Positions 17,943 to 18,901 of a DNA stretch of 18,901 bases are shown piece by piece. Origin of the DNA: an uncultured bacterium. GTDB lineage: Bacteria; CSSED10-310; CAZUFC01. The DNA lies in the NCBI GenBank assembly GCA_964619725.1, contig CAZUFC010000040.1:42616-61516 (forward strand). The letters are read 5' to 3'. The translations under genes were made by a program, and so were the position numbers. The stretch's first letter is position 1. Each line of letters starts with the position of its first letter. The notes beneath the pieces were generated by a model that was given only the letters and a program-made list of their open reading frames with translations, had not been told where the DNA came from and did not search any database.

Positions 17943-18809
17943 CTAATCTCGCTTATAGGCCAGACGGCTGGCTCTGGCCGCCCCGATTAAATCCAGCTTG
18001 CTTTCTCCCATGGGCTGATCATAATCATCCAAAGTATGGAACCTGACGGTTAAGCCATTCTGAAGTTCCAACTCATCCATGATGTCCCAATACAACTTCT
18101 GCCAATCGCGTGCTTTGACCTGGAGATTCCGTAGTTTTTCATCGAATTTTTCTCCCTCTTTCGGGGCTAAAAGTTCATGCACTCCATGAGGTTTCATTAC
18201 CAGCGGATGTAAGCCTAACTCTGCGCAAACCATGCTGTAGAAGTCATGAATCCATTCTGTTATTTCAGCGATCAATGCAAATCTGCTTTCGCTGGAATCT
18301 ATTAGTTTGTTTTTCTCAAAGGATTCATGGGAGCAATCGATCAATTTCCATATTTTTTTGAGTTTTGATTTATCCAGCAAATCCTCAATTTCTATTTTTC
18401 TTGTTGGATTGCCCGTTTTCAATATTTCTCTAGTCTTCTCCCAGGACTTTTCGACCAATTCAAATAATTGTAATACTTCTTTTACCGCTTCAATGGACTC
18501 TTTATATTTTTCAGTGCCGCTCAATTCCTTTTTAATTTTGCTGCATTTTTGTTTCCTCAGTTTACTTTCAACTTCGTAAGTAAAATTATACGCATAAACT
18601 TTGGTAAATCCTTTGAATAGTTCATCCCTATTTCCAACTTCCAGCACCATTGACTGGTCTTGAAGGACTCGGCTCTTTATTTTTGTTAATATGTCACTCA
18701 AGCATTCATAATTACTTTCTCCCAGCCTTTTTTTTACTTTTTCAGACTCGAAATACAGACTCTTATTCATCACATCGACCAGTATTTCTTTTAAATCAGT
18801 TCGATTCAA
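17943..18809 (-). CDS. Hypothetical soluble, probably alpha-helical protein; first gene of the RADAR-like operon
   Basis: 288-aa ORF in AT-rich DNA, ending 17 nt before rdrA on the same strand. K/E-rich with no hydrophobic segment. The start is uncertain (TTG 18809, or GTG/ATG about 12-13 codons downstream). An in-frame stop about 14 codons upstream shows the gene is complete in the window. Confidence 0.8.
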   Translation of the reverse strand: MNRTDLKEILVDVMNKSLYFESEKVKKRLGESNYECLSDILTKIKSRVLQDQSMVLEVGNRDELFKGFTKVYAYNFTYEVESKLRKQKCSKIKKELSGTEKYKESIEAVKEVLQLFELVEKSWEKTREILKTGNPTRKIEIEDLLDKSKLKKIWKLIDCSHESFEKNKLIDSSESRFALIAEITEWIHDFYSMVCAELGLHPLVMKPHGVHELLAPKEGEKFDEKLRNLQVKARDWQKLYWDIMDELELQNGLTVRFHTLDDYDQPMGESKLDLIGAARASRLAYKRD

Positions 18810-18901
18810 AATTTTCTCGATACTTGTTTTCGGCGCTTTTTTCGTATTTCAGACTTCGTTAAGGCAAAATTTAAAGTCATTTAAATTAAATTAGTTGAGC
18901 A

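Noticed and set aside
11020-18862. Numerous short ORFs nested in or antisense to rdrB, rdrA and the 288-aa gene
   Set aside because: They overlap long motif-bearing genes and show no independent signals.

Overview
Bacterial accessory region from a probable anaerobe. Left part: a class I hybrid cluster protein gene (hcp) under a palindromic Crp/Fnr-type box, and a secreted S8 subtilase. Middle part (5.1-9.2 kb): a decayed mosaic. It holds two diverged copies of a (response regulator)-histidine kinase-SAM methyltransferase unit, of which only one methyltransferase is intact. Between the copies sits an integron-type cassette remnant: one complete attC, one truncated attC and a ParE/RelE-type toxin-antitoxin cassette with its own promoter. 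A DUF1566 pseudogene and an AAA_14/DUF4143 ATPase follow. Right part (10.9-18.8 kb, minus strand): a tight three-gene operon encoding an unknown soluble 288-aa protein, a 1361-aa P-loop ATPase and a 978-aa adenosine-deaminase-fold protein. The ATPase-deaminase pair matches the RADAR antiphage system (rdrA-rdrB). This copy looks atypical: a long ATPase, a six-cysteine segment in the deaminase, and a non-membrane third gene. A REP-like GGGG(T)CAGAGCCC family has six copies in the window, one of them exactly at a rearrangement junction. All calls come from reading motifs by eye; no database searches were run.
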